NCBI GenBank assembly: GCA_040377305.1
Contig: JBEIPA010000017.1
Coordinates: 1 to 64,000 of the forward strand
Length of the DNA: 64,000 nucleotides
Reading direction: 5' to 3'
From: Flavobacteriales bacterium
Lineage (GTDB): Bacteria > Bacteroidota > Bacteroidia > Palsa-965
Shown: piece by piece, positions 49,131 to 62,100 of the stretch
Position numbering within the stretch: position 1 is the first letter of the stretch
Layout of the letters: each line of letters opens with the position of its first letter
Notes under the pieces: generated by a model
The model's database searches: none
Seen by the model: only the letters and a program-made list of their open reading frames with translations
What the model was told of the DNA's origin: nothing
Position numbers and translations under genes: made by a program

Positions 49131-50600
49131 TTGAAGGGAAATTCGGCACTATTTACAAACCCTACTCCGCTGGACCAGCTTGGTGACATACTTGATAACC
49201 TTCCGATCGGAATTGTAATTGTAAACAGTTCCGGCACGATTGTTTACCACAACAACTGTATTACAAGTCAATATGGTGAATTCAAAGGGAACAACATTGC
49301 AAACTTACTCGCAGGATTTCCACAACACCTTTTCACTGCAGCAGATAATTCCTTCCCATTTAATTACAACGATAGCCTTCATAACGGTGCAATCAATGTT
49401 CAGTGCAAAATCAAACGCGATAAGAATGGAAATCTTCTTGTAAGTGTTGTGGAAGGTGATGTTCAACTCAAGCAGTTACGCGACATTGAAGCCAAAAAAA
49501 ATGCCGCTGAAAATTTGTTACGGTCTGCGATTCTGGGAACAGGAACATTGGAACAAGCATTGACAGAAGTTTGTCGCATTGCATCTGCTGCAATGGAAGT
49601 ATCGCGTGTCAACATCTGGGAGTTCGGTGATGGAATTACATCAATTACGGGTCTTGTTAACTATGATAATCGTTTCACCGAATTACTTCCGAATGCAACG
49701 TTATACCGCTACCAGATTCCGAGATACTTCAGCCTATTCGAAACCGAAGAAATTATTCCAACCTCTGACGCACTGAATCATCCGAGTACTGCCGAGCTGA
49801 AAGAAAGTTATCTCGAAGTAAACGGAATTCGTTCATTGATGGACGTGCCGGTTCGAATCGGAGGAAAGATGATCGGACTTGTTTGCTTCGAAGACACGAA
49901 GAAAATGCGTGATTGGGATCCGGGTGAACAAAAATTCGGTCTCTTTATCTCGCAAGTGATTGCGCTTACAATTGAGTCAACACGCAGAAAGAAAACGCAG
50001 AATGACCTCGAGCTGATTCTGGATGAGAAGCGTATTCTGCTCAATGAAATTCACCGTCGGGTTCGCAACAACTTTGCATTGATTCAGGATTTGCTTCGTG
50101 CTGAGTCAGGTCGTGCGCAAGACGATTATCACAAAGAACTTTTTTCTGATCTCCGAAACCGGATCAATAGCCTTGATATGCTGCAAAGACAGCTTTATCA
50201 ATCGGAGAAAGTTGATCGTGTTAACTTCCGTGATCTGATACTTGACCTTGTTGCCGGTTACCGTTCCACGTTCTCCGGTTCGCAAACAGATTTCATCACT
50301 ACGCTCGACCAGTGTGAGTTGAATGTGGCAAAGGCCTCAATATCCGGTCTGTTTGTGAATGAAATCATGATGATGTTGATGAGTGAAGCTGGCCGATTGA
50401 AATCGAAAGAGCAAATTTCAATTCGTCTGAAGAAAGTAAACTCTCGTGTGAACATTGCGATAGGTTCATCGATAAACATTGATTCACGCAGCGAAAGAGA
50501 ACGCATGCTCACATCATTCGAATTGGCTCAAAAACTGGGAAGCAAGCTCGAGATCGATCGGTCAAAAGGCACCGGCTATTCGCTGAGTTTCGACGCTTAG
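49131..50600 (+). CDS. PAS-GAF-HisKA_2-type sensor with degenerate kinase motifs
   Basis: PAS-like start, GAF domain (GIRSLMDVPV...IGLVC), EIHRRVRNN; N and G1 boxes are not recognisable. Start codon uncertain. Confidence 0.75.
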   Translation: MKGNSALFTNPTPLDQLGDILDNLPIGIVIVNSSGTIVYHNNCITSQYGEFKGNNIANLLAGFPQHLFTAADNSFPFNYNDSLHNGAINVQCKIKRDKNGNLLVSVVEGDVQLKQLRDIEAKKNAAENLLRSAILGTGTLEQALTEVCRIASAAMEVSRVNIWEFGDGITSITGLVNYDNRFTELLPNATLYRYQIPRYFSLFETEEIIPTSDALNHPSTAELKESYLEVNGIRSLMDVPVRIGGKMIGLVCFEDTKKMRDWDPGEQKFGLFISQVIALTIESTRRKKTQNDLELILDEKRILLNEIHRRVRNNFALIQDLLRAESGRAQDDYHKELFSDLRNRINSLDMLQRQLYQSEKVDRVNFRDLILDLVAGYRSTFSGSQTDFITTLDQCELNVAKASISGLFVNEIMMMLMSEAGRLKSKEQISIRLKKVNSRVNIAIGSSINIDSRSERERMLTSFELAQKLGSKLEIDRSKGTGYSLSFDA

Positions 50601-50709
50601 TCAACTGATTTTCTCCTTTTCATTGTTACTTCTTTGTGAATGAAATATTTTGATTCGCACCTGCATTGGCGTATTTTTCTTGTGGCAAAAACACACTTAA
50701 ACCCATTGC

Positions 50710-53700
50710 ATGATGAAGAGAACTCTACTCCTACTACTTCTCTCCGTGTTTGTTTTCTCAACTCATTATTTATCAGCACAGGCGTCTGCTTGTCCTCAGG
50801 TAAATGCCGGAGTGGATCAAACAATCTGTCCGGGCCAATGCGTGAATCTTACAGCAACCATTCAAGGTCCGCATGCCACAACATCGTACATAGGTAATGC
50901 GATTCCTTATAGCCCGTATTCTTATACAACAGGCACTCCGGTTCTCGTTAACATAGACGACGTTTGGACGCCGGTGATTAACATGCCATTCTGCTTCCAG
51001 TTTTATGGTAACACATACAACCAACTTGTTATTGGTTCGAATGGACTGATTTCATTTAACCTCGCTTACGCAGGTGCATTTTGTCAGTGGTCATTCGTAA
51101 ATCCGATTCCAACCAATACATGCCCGATCAATTCGATCATGGCACCGTACCATGATATTGATCCTTCGATCGGTGCAACTTCAGATACGCGTTACGCAAC
51201 TTATGGAACTGCACCATGCCGCGAGTTTGTAGTGAGCTGGTATAACGTTCCGATGTTCAGCGGAGCGTGTAACTCCCAACTTGCAAGTCAGCAGATTGTT
51301 TTGCATGAGAACACCAACATCATTGACATTTACATTGCCAACAAGCCTTTGTGCGCAAGTTGGAATGGTGGTCGCGCCACAGAGGGAATTCAGAATGCTG
51401 CGGGTACCGCTGCTAACTTTGTTCCCGGACGTAATGCGTCACAGTGGGTTGCCGCAAACGATGGTTATCGTTTCACACCGAGTGGTGCTGCGCAGTATGT
51501 GTTGACATGGTTCGGACCTAGCGGAAGTTTAGGTAGTGCAAATCCCATTACGGTTTGTCCCTCAACAACTACAACATACACTGCTCAGGTTGTAAATACG
51601 ACATGCGCCGGTAACGTAACTGTTTCTGATCAGGTAACAGTTAATACTACTTCAGGAGGAATAACTACAACAGGATCGCAAACAGATATTTTGTGTAACG
51701 GACTTTGCACCGGATCCGCAACTGTTAATATCACGGCGGGAACAGGACCGTTTACTTACGTCTGGGCGCCAGCACCCGGAGCGGGACAAGGAACTGCAAG
51801 CGCCAGTGGATTGTGCCCCGGTATATACACATGCATCGTGTCGAATGCCGCCGGGTGTACCGCATCACAAACATTCAACATCACCCAAGTCCCCGTCATA
51901 ACAGCAACACAAACACAAACGAATGTATTGTGTAACGGAAGTTGTACGGGACAAGCCAACGTTGCCGCCGGTGGAGGAACCGGTACATACAGCTACAACT
52001 GGGCACCAGCACCGGGTGGCGGACAAGGAACCGCTACAGCAACCGGACTCTGTGCGGGGGTTTATGTGTGTACAATCACATCCGGTCCTGCTGGTTGTAC
52101 GATTACAAGAACATTTACAATTACTGCGCCGCCTGCAATTACATCGACGATGGCCATGACACCAGCAACGTGTGGAGCATTCAACGGCACTGCAAGTATT
52201 ACTCCGAGTGGCGGGGCAGGTGGATACACTTACAATTGGACTCCTGGAAATCCGACGGGTGATGGAACAAATACTATTTCCGCTTTAGCGCCGGGTGCAT
52301 GGGTTTGCACTGTAACTGATGCCAACGGATGTACGCACACGAACACGATCAACGTAACGTCAACTACCGGGATCACTGGAACATTTACTGCAACTAACGC
52401 AGCGTGTTTCGGTGGAACAGGAACTGCAACTGCTGTGCCTACCGGCGGAACCGGACCGTACACTTATGCATGGGCACCATCAGGTGGTAACAATGCAATA
52501 GCAACAGTGCCTGCAGGTGTTTACACCTGTACGATTACCGATGTTCCAACCGGATGCACCGTTGTAATTACTGTGACAATCACTCAACCACCCGCACTGA
52601 GCGTTACCCCTACACAAACGAATATCACGTGTAATGCACTTTGTAATGGTGCTGCATCTGTAAACGTTTCAGGAGGAACTGCAGGTTACACGTACAATTG
52701 GTCACCTGCACCGGGCGCGGGACAAGGAACAGCGAATGCAAGTTCTTTGTGTGTTGGAACCTACACATGCACTACTACCGATGCGAACGGTTGTACGATC
52801 ACTCAATCATTCAACATCACCCAACCTCCTGCACTCACACTTGTCATGTCAATGACTCAAGCAACGTGTGGCAATGCGAACGGTCAGGCATGCGTTGTGG
52901 CATCGGGAGGATCACCGGGTTACACGTATGCGTGGTTACCAGGTGGAGGAACTGGTGCTTGTGCAACTGGATTGCTCTCGAACATTTATACCGTGACTGT
53001 TACAGATCTCAATGGTTGCACAGCTACGAACTCAATCAATGTCACAAACGCAGCTGCACCTTCTGCAACAATTACGGCATTCACAAACGTTAGCTGCTTC
53101 GGTGGCAATAATGGATCTGCAACTGTTGCTGCGAGCGGGGGAACAGGTCCTTATACATACACATGGTCACCGGTTGGCGGAAACACAACCGTCGGAACTC
53201 CTCTCACTGCGCAGAATTATACAGTGACTGTTGCGGATGCAAACGGATGTACAACTACAGCTACCGTTGCAATAACACAACCGCCGGTATTAACCGCAAC
53301 TGCTGCAGGATCAAATGTATTGTGTAACGGTGCTTCTACAGGATCTGTTACCATCACAGCTGGTGGTGGCGTTGGTCCTTACACTTACGCATGGACTCCA
53401 AGTGGTGGACCAGGGAATACAGCAGCGAATGTTCCTGCAGCGCTATATTCATGCACAGTTACGGATGTAAATGGTTGTACGGTTACTGCAACATTCAATG
53501 TAACCCAACCAACGGCACTTAGCGTAACAACATCCTTTACTCAGTCAACATGTGGTTTGCCTAACGGTAGCGCGTGTGTGAATGCATCGGGTGGAGCTGG
53601 TGGATATACTTACGCGTGGAGTCCGGTTGCTGGTGCCGGAAACTGTCTCAACAATATTGTAGGTGGAATATATACCTGTACCGTCACGGATGTGAATGGA

Positions 53701-55908
53701 TGTACAATAACAACTACAGTTAACGTCCCAAGCGCAAATACTCCTGTGGTATCGATTATTTCTTTCACGAACGTAACATGCTTCGGCGGAACTGACGGTG
53801 GTGCAACTGCATCTTCAACCGGAGGAACCACACCATATGCTTACGTGTGGAGCAACGGAGATCCGGATTCAGTGCTTAGTACTGTAGGAATGGGGACCTA
53901 TATCGTGACCGTTACAGATGCCAATAGTTGTTCAGACACAACGCAGGTAACGATCACAGAACCACCACAGCTTACAGCAACAATTTCTGGAGTTGATATT
54001 TTGTGCTTTGGAAACACAACAGGATCTGCAACTGTCACACCTTCCGGCGGAACCGGTGCTTACTCCTATGTGTGGAATCCTTCAGCACAAATCACACAAA
54101 CGGCAACGAACCTTGGTGCAGGAACTTATAGTTGTACCATTACAGATGCGAACGGATGTACAACAATGGTTTCAGTCACGCTTACTGAACCACCGTTACT
54201 CACTGTTGCATCAGCAGGATTCAATGTAACGTGTTTCGGTGCATGCGACGGACAGCTTGTTTCCATTCCGGGCGGTGGCGTTCCGAACTACACATTCAAC
54301 TGGTCATCGGGATGCATTACTCCCGCATGTAGCAACGTGTGTACCGGAATTTACACCGTAACTGTTACAGACATGAATGGTTGCACAGCGTCGGATACAG
54401 CGCTGGTAACTGAACCAACTGCAATTGTTATTAATACATCTGCGGTAGATGCACATTGCAACCAGGCTGATGGTTCTGCTTCTGCAAATGCTAATGGCGG
54501 AACCGGACTGTTAACTTATCAATGGATTAGTGGTCCGGCGAATCAGAATTACAACAACATTGTTGCCAATACTTATTCGGTGATCGTAACGGATGCAAAT
54601 GGTTGTGCAGATACAGCGACAGCAGTAGTGAACAATCTGAATGGAGTAACAGCAACGTTGAATGCGTCCGTTGATCTTTCCTGCTTCCAATCGAATGATG
54701 GATCTATCGACATTGATGCAAGTGGCGGAACACCGGGCTATACATACACATGGTCGCCTAACGTTTCTGCAACCGACATCGGATCGAATCTATCAGCTCA
54801 ACCTTACGCTATTACTGTTACTGATGCTGCTGGTTGTACATCTGTTGTGAATGTGATCCTGACTGAACCTCCCGTGCTAACGCTTGCGGCAACTGCAACA
54901 CCAGCTGCAGTTTGCGCCGGATCACCGGTAACGTTGAATGCTATTGCAAATGGAGGAACTCCGGCTTATACATACACATGGAATCCGGGTGCCATGATTG
55001 GTGCAACGCAAAACATTACTCCACCGGCAACTCAAACGTATACTGTTGATGTGACTGACGCGAATGGCTGCACAGCATCTGCACCCGTTCTTGTTACTGT
55101 AAATGATTTGCCTGTCTCAACATTTACATCAGATCTGGTTTCAGGTTGCGCACCACTCACCGTTAATTTCACTGACTCAAGTACTGTATTAGCTCCGGGT
55201 ACTATTACAGGATGGACCTGGGATTTCGGTGATAATAACACCTCAACACAGCAAAGTCCTTCGCACACGTACACCACACCTGGTGTTTATACAGTGATTC
55301 TTACTGCAACAACCAGCGCAGGATGTACGCAAACCATTACGATGAACAATTACATCAATGTGTTTGCCGTACCCGTTGCAGCATTTATAGCCGGCCCACA
55401 ACCGACAACGATTCTGAATCCCGACATTTCATTCACCGATGCTTCTACCAATGCGGCGTCGTGGCATTGGACTTTCGGTGATGCAACAACACCATCAAGC
55501 TCTACAGACCAGAATCCAACGTTCACGTATGATGAACCATCCTGTTACAATGTGGTGCTGGAAGTAACTTCCATTGACGGTTGCGTAGATGTTGACTCAC
55601 AACAAGTATGCATTGACCCAGACGTAATTATTTATGTACCGAATGCATTCACGCCGAATGACGATGGAGTCAATGATGAATTCATTCCTATGATGGAAGG
55701 AATTGATCCTGATAACTATCAGTTGTGGGTATTCGATCGTTGGGGAAATATGATCTGGTACACGGATGATATAGATGAAGGTTGGAATGGTATCGTACTT
55801 GGCGGAACGGAATTATGTCAGATCGACACGTATGTCTGGAAACTGAAGTGTAAAGATATTCTCGACAAACGCCACGAATTGATTGGGCGTGTAAGCTTAA
55901 TTAGGTAG
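50710..55908 (+). CDS. SprB-repeat/PKD adhesin with a nidogen-like N-terminal domain and T9SS type B CTD
   Basis: Signal peptide, DDVW...PFCFQFYGNTY...GSNGLISF domain, about 15 SprB-like repeats, two PKD domains and the CTD YVPNAFTPN...FDRWG. Confidence 0.9.
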   Translation: MMKRTLLLLLLSVFVFSTHYLSAQASACPQVNAGVDQTICPGQCVNLTATIQGPHATTSYIGNAIPYSPYSYTTGTPVLVNIDDVWTPVINMPFCFQFYGNTYNQLVIGSNGLISFNLAYAGAFCQWSFVNPIPTNTCPINSIMAPYHDIDPSIGATSDTRYATYGTAPCREFVVSWYNVPMFSGACNSQLASQQIVLHENTNIIDIYIANKPLCASWNGGRATEGIQNAAGTAANFVPGRNASQWVAANDGYRFTPSGAAQYVLTWFGPSGSLGSANPITVCPSTTTTYTAQVVNTTCAGNVTVSDQVTVNTTSGGITTTGSQTDILCNGLCTGSATVNITAGTGPFTYVWAPAPGAGQGTASASGLCPGIYTCIVSNAAGCTASQTFNITQVPVITATQTQTNVLCNGSCTGQANVAAGGGTGTYSYNWAPAPGGGQGTATATGLCAGVYVCTITSGPAGCTITRTFTITAPPAITSTMAMTPATCGAFNGTASITPSGGAGGYTYNWTPGNPTGDGTNTISALAPGAWVCTVTDANGCTHTNTINVTSTTGITGTFTATNAACFGGTGTATAVPTGGTGPYTYAWAPSGGNNAIATVPAGVYTCTITDVPTGCTVVITVTITQPPALSVTPTQTNITCNALCNGAASVNVSGGTAGYTYNWSPAPGAGQGTANASSLCVGTYTCTTTDANGCTITQSFNITQPPALTLVMSMTQATCGNANGQACVVASGGSPGYTYAWLPGGGTGACATGLLSNIYTVTVTDLNGCTATNSINVTNAAAPSATITAFTNVSCFGGNNGSATVAASGGTGPYTYTWSPVGGNTTVGTPLTAQNYTVTVADANGCTTTATVAITQPPVLTATAAGSNVLCNGASTGSVTITAGGGVGPYTYAWTPSGGPGNTAANVPAALYSCTVTDVNGCTVTATFNVTQPTALSVTTSFTQSTCGLPNGSACVNASGGAGGYTYAWSPVAGAGNCLNNIVGGIYTCTVTDVNGCTITTTVNVPSANTPVVSIISFTNVTCFGGTDGGATASSTGGTTPYAYVWSNGDPDSVLSTVGMGTYIVTVTDANSCSDTTQVTITEPPQLTATISGVDILCFGNTTGSATVTPSGGTGAYSYVWNPSAQITQTATNLGAGTYSCTITDANGCTTMVSVTLTEPPLLTVASAGFNVTCFGACDGQLVSIPGGGVPNYTFNWSSGCITPACSNVCTGIYTVTVTDMNGCTASDTALVTEPTAIVINTSAVDAHCNQADGSASANANGGTGLLTYQWISGPANQNYNNIVANTYSVIVTDANGCADTATAVVNNLNGVTATLNASVDLSCFQSNDGSIDIDASGGTPGYTYTWSPNVSATDIGSNLSAQPYAITVTDAAGCTSVVNVILTEPPVLTLAATATPAAVCAGSPVTLNAIANGGTPAYTYTWNPGAMIGATQNITPPATQTYTVDVTDANGCTASAPVLVTVNDLPVSTFTSDLVSGCAPLTVNFTDSSTVLAPGTITGWTWDFGDNNTSTQQSPSHTYTTPGVYTVILTATTSAGCTQTITMNNYINVFAVPVAAFIAGPQPTTILNPDISFTDASTNAASWHWTFGDATTPSSSTDQNPTFTYDEPSCYNVVLEVTSIDGCVDVDSQQVCIDPDVIIYVPNAFTPNDDGVNDEFIPMMEGIDPDNYQLWVFDRWGNMIWYTDDIDEGWNGIVLGGTELCQIDTYVWKLKCKDILDKRHELIGRVSLIR

Positions 55909-56135
55909 TGTCTCTTCGTTTGAAAGTATGGAACCCCGTTTAAGTATTCAGGCTTTCTTGCCCATTAATTTTCAACACAATTTTCAACGAAAGCGCGTTA
56001 AACTTCGACCAGACCTGACAATTGTTAGACGAATCTGAGCTTTTGCACATTTCCGGGAAAACTGTTGCCAACTTGCTGTATTTCACTAAATTGTGCATGG
56101 CAAATTAACCCAGAGTACCCCTTACACGACTCAAA

Positions 56136-59100
56136 ATGGCACAACCTCTACACGCACGACGGGTGAAGTCCGCACATACTTCACGCGTATTAATTTTTGT
56201 AGTAGTCTCCTTCCTGTTTTTTGGATTCCAAAACCTTCTCGCACAAGCAACAGGTCCTGTTGTTTGTCCAGTGAATGCCGGAGCAGATGTCAGCATTTGT
56301 GCACCGAACTGTGCACCACTTTCAGGAACCTACACGCAGGTGAATGCACCGACTAACTACGCTGTAAGTTCAATCCCTTACGCTCCGGATCCATTTACTA
56401 CAGGAACTAACGTGGCATTGTTTGATGACCAGTGGTCTGCTGCGATCAATATCGGTTTCCCTTTTTGTTTTTACGGTAACACATACACACAGGTTTTGAT
56501 CGGCTCCAATGGCTTGATCTCATTCAACGTTGCGTTAGCGGGTGGTTATTGTCAGTGGCCGATCAACGCAGCAGTGCCAAGTGCAGCTGACCCAATGAAT
56601 ACTGTAATGGGTCCGTGGCAGGATCTATATCCTCCAGGCGGTGGGACAATACGTTATACAATTTACGGTACTGCTCCATGCCGTCGTTTCGTAGTGAGCT
56701 GGAACCAAATGCCAATGTATTCATGTACCTCAACCCTTTGTACGCAACAGATCACGCTCTACGAAACCTCAAACGTCATTGATAACTACATTCAGACAAA
56801 ACCGTTGTGTACAGGTTGGAACGCAGGGACTGCAATTCAAGCCGTTCACAATGCTGCCGGTACTGCCGCGGTTGCAGTTGCTGGTCGCAACTATCCAACA
56901 CAGTGGACAACAACAAACGATGCACGTCGTTGGACACCAAGTGGAGCAAACATGACTTCTATTGGTTGGTATATTGGTGCTGCTTTACAAAGCACTGCGC
57001 AGAACTACACACCATGCCCTACTGCAACTACTACTTATAACTTCACAGCGACGTATACCAATTGTAACGGTACTACTGTTCAGCAAACTGATCAGGTTGT
57101 TGTAACTGTAAGCTCACTCACGGTTACTGCAACGCAAACAAACTTAACGTGCTTCAACAATTGTACAGGAAGTTCGACTGTTACAGCATCAGGAGGCGGA
57201 CCATACAGCTACAACTGGTCTCCCGCTCCGGGTGGTGGTCAAGGAACAGCAACTGCCACGGGATTATGTGCCCAGTCGTACACGTGTGTCGTTACGGGTG
57301 CTGGAGGTTGTACGGGGCAAGTCGTCGTCAACATCACTCAGCCTCCGCAGATTGCATTAGTACCAACGCAAACGAACGTCCTATGCAATGGAGTGTGTAA
57401 CGGAGCCGCTTCAGTCGTCGCCTCGGGTGGTACAGGAGTCTATACTTATGTTTGGGCGCCAGCTCCCGGAGGAGGACAAGGAACCGCAAATGCAACAGGT
57501 CTTTGCGCAGGTACATATACGGTGACAGTTTCTTCGCCAGCAGGTTGTACACGAACACAAGCATTCACGATTACGCAACCGCCGGCGTTAGCTTCAACCG
57601 GATCACACACAAATATTCTATGTAATGGAGCGTGTACTGGTGCTGCTTCTGTAACGCCTTCCGGAGGTGTTGGACCTTACACTTATTCATGGGCTCCCTC
57701 CGGTGGTACGGCTTCCTCAACTACAGGTAGATGCGTGGGTACTTACACGGTCACATTTACGGATGCAAACGGTTGCACGGGAACCCGAGTATTCAACATT
57801 ACACAACCGACTGCGGTTACAACTACAGGTGGACAAACCAACGTAACCTGTAACGGGGCTTGTACCGGTTCTGCAACTGTCACTCCATCTGGTGGCGTTG
57901 GACCTTACACTTACGTTTGGTCGCCAGCACCTGGTGGTGGACAAGGAACTGCAATTGCAACAGGATTGTGTGCCAACACATACACTGTAACTGTAACTGA
58001 TGCTAACGGATGTACCGCAACCAGAATATATACAATCACACAACCTCCCGTAATTGCATTAGTCCCTACGCAAACAAACGTTTTGTGTAACGGACAATGC
58101 AATGGAGCCGCTTCAGTTGTTGCATCAGGTGGAACGGGAACTTATACATACGTGTGGGCTCCGGCGCCGGGTGCGGGACAGGGAACTGCGAACGCTACGG
58201 GTCTGTGTGCTGGTAACTACACAGTGACAGTATCATCACCTGCTGGTTGTACAAGAACACAGATATTCAATATTACCGCGCCACCTGCACTTACATCAAC
58301 TGGTTCACACACCAACATATTATGTAATGGTGCGTGTACAGGGGCTGCAACAGTAACCCCATCAGGAGGTGTAGGTCCTTACACTTATTCATGGGCTCCG
58401 TCCGGCGGAACTGCTGCAACAACAACCGGTCGATGTGCTGGTACTTACACTGTAACGTTTACAGATGCGAACGGTTGTACGGGTACGCGTACGTTCAACA
58501 TTACTGCTCCACCTGCCTTGACTTCGACTGGATCACAAACAAACATTCTTTGTAATGGTGCATGTACTGGTGCGGCTTCAGTTACTCCTTCGGGTGGTGT
58601 TGGTCCGTACACCTATTCATGGGCTCCGTCTGGTGGTACTGCATCATCGACTACAGGTCGATGCGTTGGTACTTACACTGTAACATTTACAGATGCAAAC
58701 GGATGTACAGGTACACGCATTTATAATATCACTCAACCACCTGCTCTTACATCAACAACATCGTTCACACAGGCAACGTGTAACATGTCGAATGGACTTG
58801 CTTCGGTAACTCCTTCGGGAGGTGTTGGTCCGTATACTTATCTGTGGGCGCCATCAGGCGGAACAGGTGCAACTACAACGCCAAGACCTGCCGGTATTTA
58901 CACCGTAACATTCACAGATGCGAACGGATGTACTGGAACTGCAACGGTAAACATTCCTAACGCTGCTGCACCAACAGCAACGATCACAGCAGTAGTAAAC
59001 GTTACCTGTTTTGGTGCAAGCACGGGAAGTGCAACAGTTGCCGCTTCAGGTGGAACTGGTCCGTACACATATGCATGGACGCCATCCGGTGGAACAGGAA

Positions 59101-62100
59101 CTACAACAACTCCTCGTCCTGCCGGCAACTACACAGTTACCGTTACCGATGCAAACGGATGTACCGTGCAACAAACAGTTGCAATCACACAACCACCGGC
59201 AATTACACTCACTCCAACTCAGACAAACGTTTTATGTAACGGTGGCTTAACAGGAAGTGCATCAGTTGTTGCATCAGGTGGTACTGGTACATTTACTTAT
59301 GCATGGGCTCCGTCTGGCGGAACAGGTGCAACAGCAACAGGACTTGGTGCTGGTACTTATACAGTAACAGTTTCTTCTCCGGCGGGATGTACTGCAACTC
59401 AAACTTACACGATCACTGCTCCTCCTGCATTGACATCAACCGGAACACAAACAAACATTTTGTGTAACGCTGCATGTACAGGTGCTGCTTCAGTAACAGT
59501 TACAGGAGGTGTTGGACCATATACTTATCTATGGGCTCCTTCTGGTGGTACTGCTGCCGGAACAACAGGTCGTTGTGTTGGTACTTACACAGTAACATTC
59601 ACGGATGCAAACGGATGTACAGGAACTCGTTCATTCACTATTACACAGCCAACCGCGCTTGCTGCAACAACATCATTTACTCAGGCAACTTGTAACATGT
59701 CGAATGGTTCGGCATCCGTTTCGGTTTCTGGTGGTGTTGGTCCTTATACATATCTGTGGGCTCCGCTCGGCGGAACAACAGCGACGGTGACTGGTCGTCC
59801 TGCAGGTACATATACAGTAACTTATACTGATGCTAACGGATGTACAGGTACTGCTACAGTAACTATTCCAAATGCTGCTGCTCCAACTGCAACAATCACT
59901 GCAACAGTTAACGTGACATGTTTCGGTGCTTCAACAGGCGGTGCTACAGTAGCTGCTTCAGGTGGAACTGGTCCATACACTTACGCATGGACTCCGTCAG
60001 GTGGAACCGGTTCATCAACAACCGGTCGTCCTGCAGGCACATATACTGTAACAGTTACAGATGCGAACGGATGTACTGTGCAAGCAACAGTAACAATAAC
60101 ACAACCACCAGCCATCACCCTCACTCCTACTCAGACAAACGTTCTGTGTAATGGTGGCTTAACAGGAAGTGCTTCCGTTGTTGCATCAGGTGGAACTGGT
60201 ACATATACTTATGCATGGGCTCCGTCAGGCGGAACAGGTGCAACAGCAACAGGACTTGGTGCAGGAACTTACACGGTGACTGTTTCTTCACCTGCCGGCT
60301 GCACTGCAACGCAAATATTCAACATCACTGCTCCTCCTGTATTGACGACTACGGGTGCACAAACGAACGTGTTGTGTAATGGTGGAACAACAGGATCTGC
60401 AACAGTTACTCCTTCAGGAGGAGTTGGACCATACACGTATTCATGGGCTCCTACAGGTGGAACTGCAGCCATTGCGACAGGATTAACAGCACAGACTTAC
60501 ACGGTAACAGTTACTGATGCAAACGGATGTACTGCTACGCGAACGTTCACTATCACACAACCACCTGCACTTACTTCCACAACATCATTCACGCAGGCTA
60601 CCTGTAACATGTCTAACGGTTCGGCATCCGTTGCAGTTTCCGGTGGTGTAGGTCCTTACACATATTCATGGGCTCCTACAGGTGGAACCGGCGCAACCGC
60701 ATCAGGTCAACCTTCAGGAATATACACGGTAACATTCACAGATGCGAACGGATGTACAGGTACGGCAACAGTGAACATTCCGAATGCTGCTGCACCTTCT
60801 GCAACAATCACTGCAACTACTCCAGTTGTATGTTTCGGTGGTAACACAGGTTCCGCGACGGTTGCTGCATCTGGTGGTACCGGCCCTTATACGTATGCCT
60901 GGGCTCCAATCGGTGGAACAGGAACAACAGGAACCAACCTCACTGCTCAGACTTACACCGTCACAGTTACTGATGTCAACGGATGTACAGCAACAGCAAC
61001 TACAACGATCACGCAACCAACAGCTGTTACTGCAACTGCTGCTTCTTCACCAGTTCTTTGTAATGGTGGATCAACCGGAAGTGCAACTGTTACACCTGCT
61101 GGTGGAATTGGCCCTTACACGTATGCGTGGGCGCCAAGTGGCGGTACTGCTGCAACTGCAACAGGATTGAACGCAACTACATATACTGTTACTGTTACAG
61201 ATGCGAATGGTTGTACAACCACGGCGATGACAACCGTAACTCAACCTACCGCTGTAACTGCAACTGCTGCTTCATCACCTGTCCTTTGTAACGGTGGTAC
61301 AACAGGATCTGCAACCGTAACTCCTGTTGGCGGAACAGGTCCATACACCTTTGCGTGGGCTCCTACTGGTGGAACCGCTGCGATTGCGACAGGATTAAAT
61401 GCGAATACATATACGGTAACGGTTACCGATGCTAACGGTTGTACAATCACAGCAATTACAACCGTTACTCAACCACCGGCACTTTCTGCTACTACATCAT
61501 TCACGCAAGCTACATGCGGAGCCTCTAACGGTTCAGCATCGGTTGCTGTTACTGGTGGTGTTGGTCCTTATACGTATGCATGGGCACCTGCGGGTGGAAC
61601 AGGCGCAACTGCAACCGGACTTGCAGCGAATACTTACACAGTAACTTTCACAGATGCGAACGGATGTACAGGAACTGCTTCTGTAACTGTTCCAAACGCT
61701 GCTTCACCATCAGCAACAATCACTGCAACAACAAACGTTTCCTGCTTCGGTGGTAACAACGGTTCTGCAACTGTAGCTGCATCGGGTGGTACAGGACCTT
61801 ACACTTATGCATGGACACCAATCGGTGGTACAGGTACTGTAGGAACTAATCTCACTGCGCAGATTTACACCGTAACAGTAACTGATGCTAACGGATGTTC
61901 CACTACAGCCACTGCAACAATCACTGAACCTCCGCTGTTAACAGCTACTGCTACTTCATCTCCGGTATTATGTTTTGGTGGAACAACAGGCAGCGCAACA
62001 GTAACTGCTTCAGGTGGTGTTGCTCCTTATACCTATGCGTGGTCGCCAACCGGCGGCACTGCAACAACTGCTACCGGTCTTAACGCAACGACCTACACGG

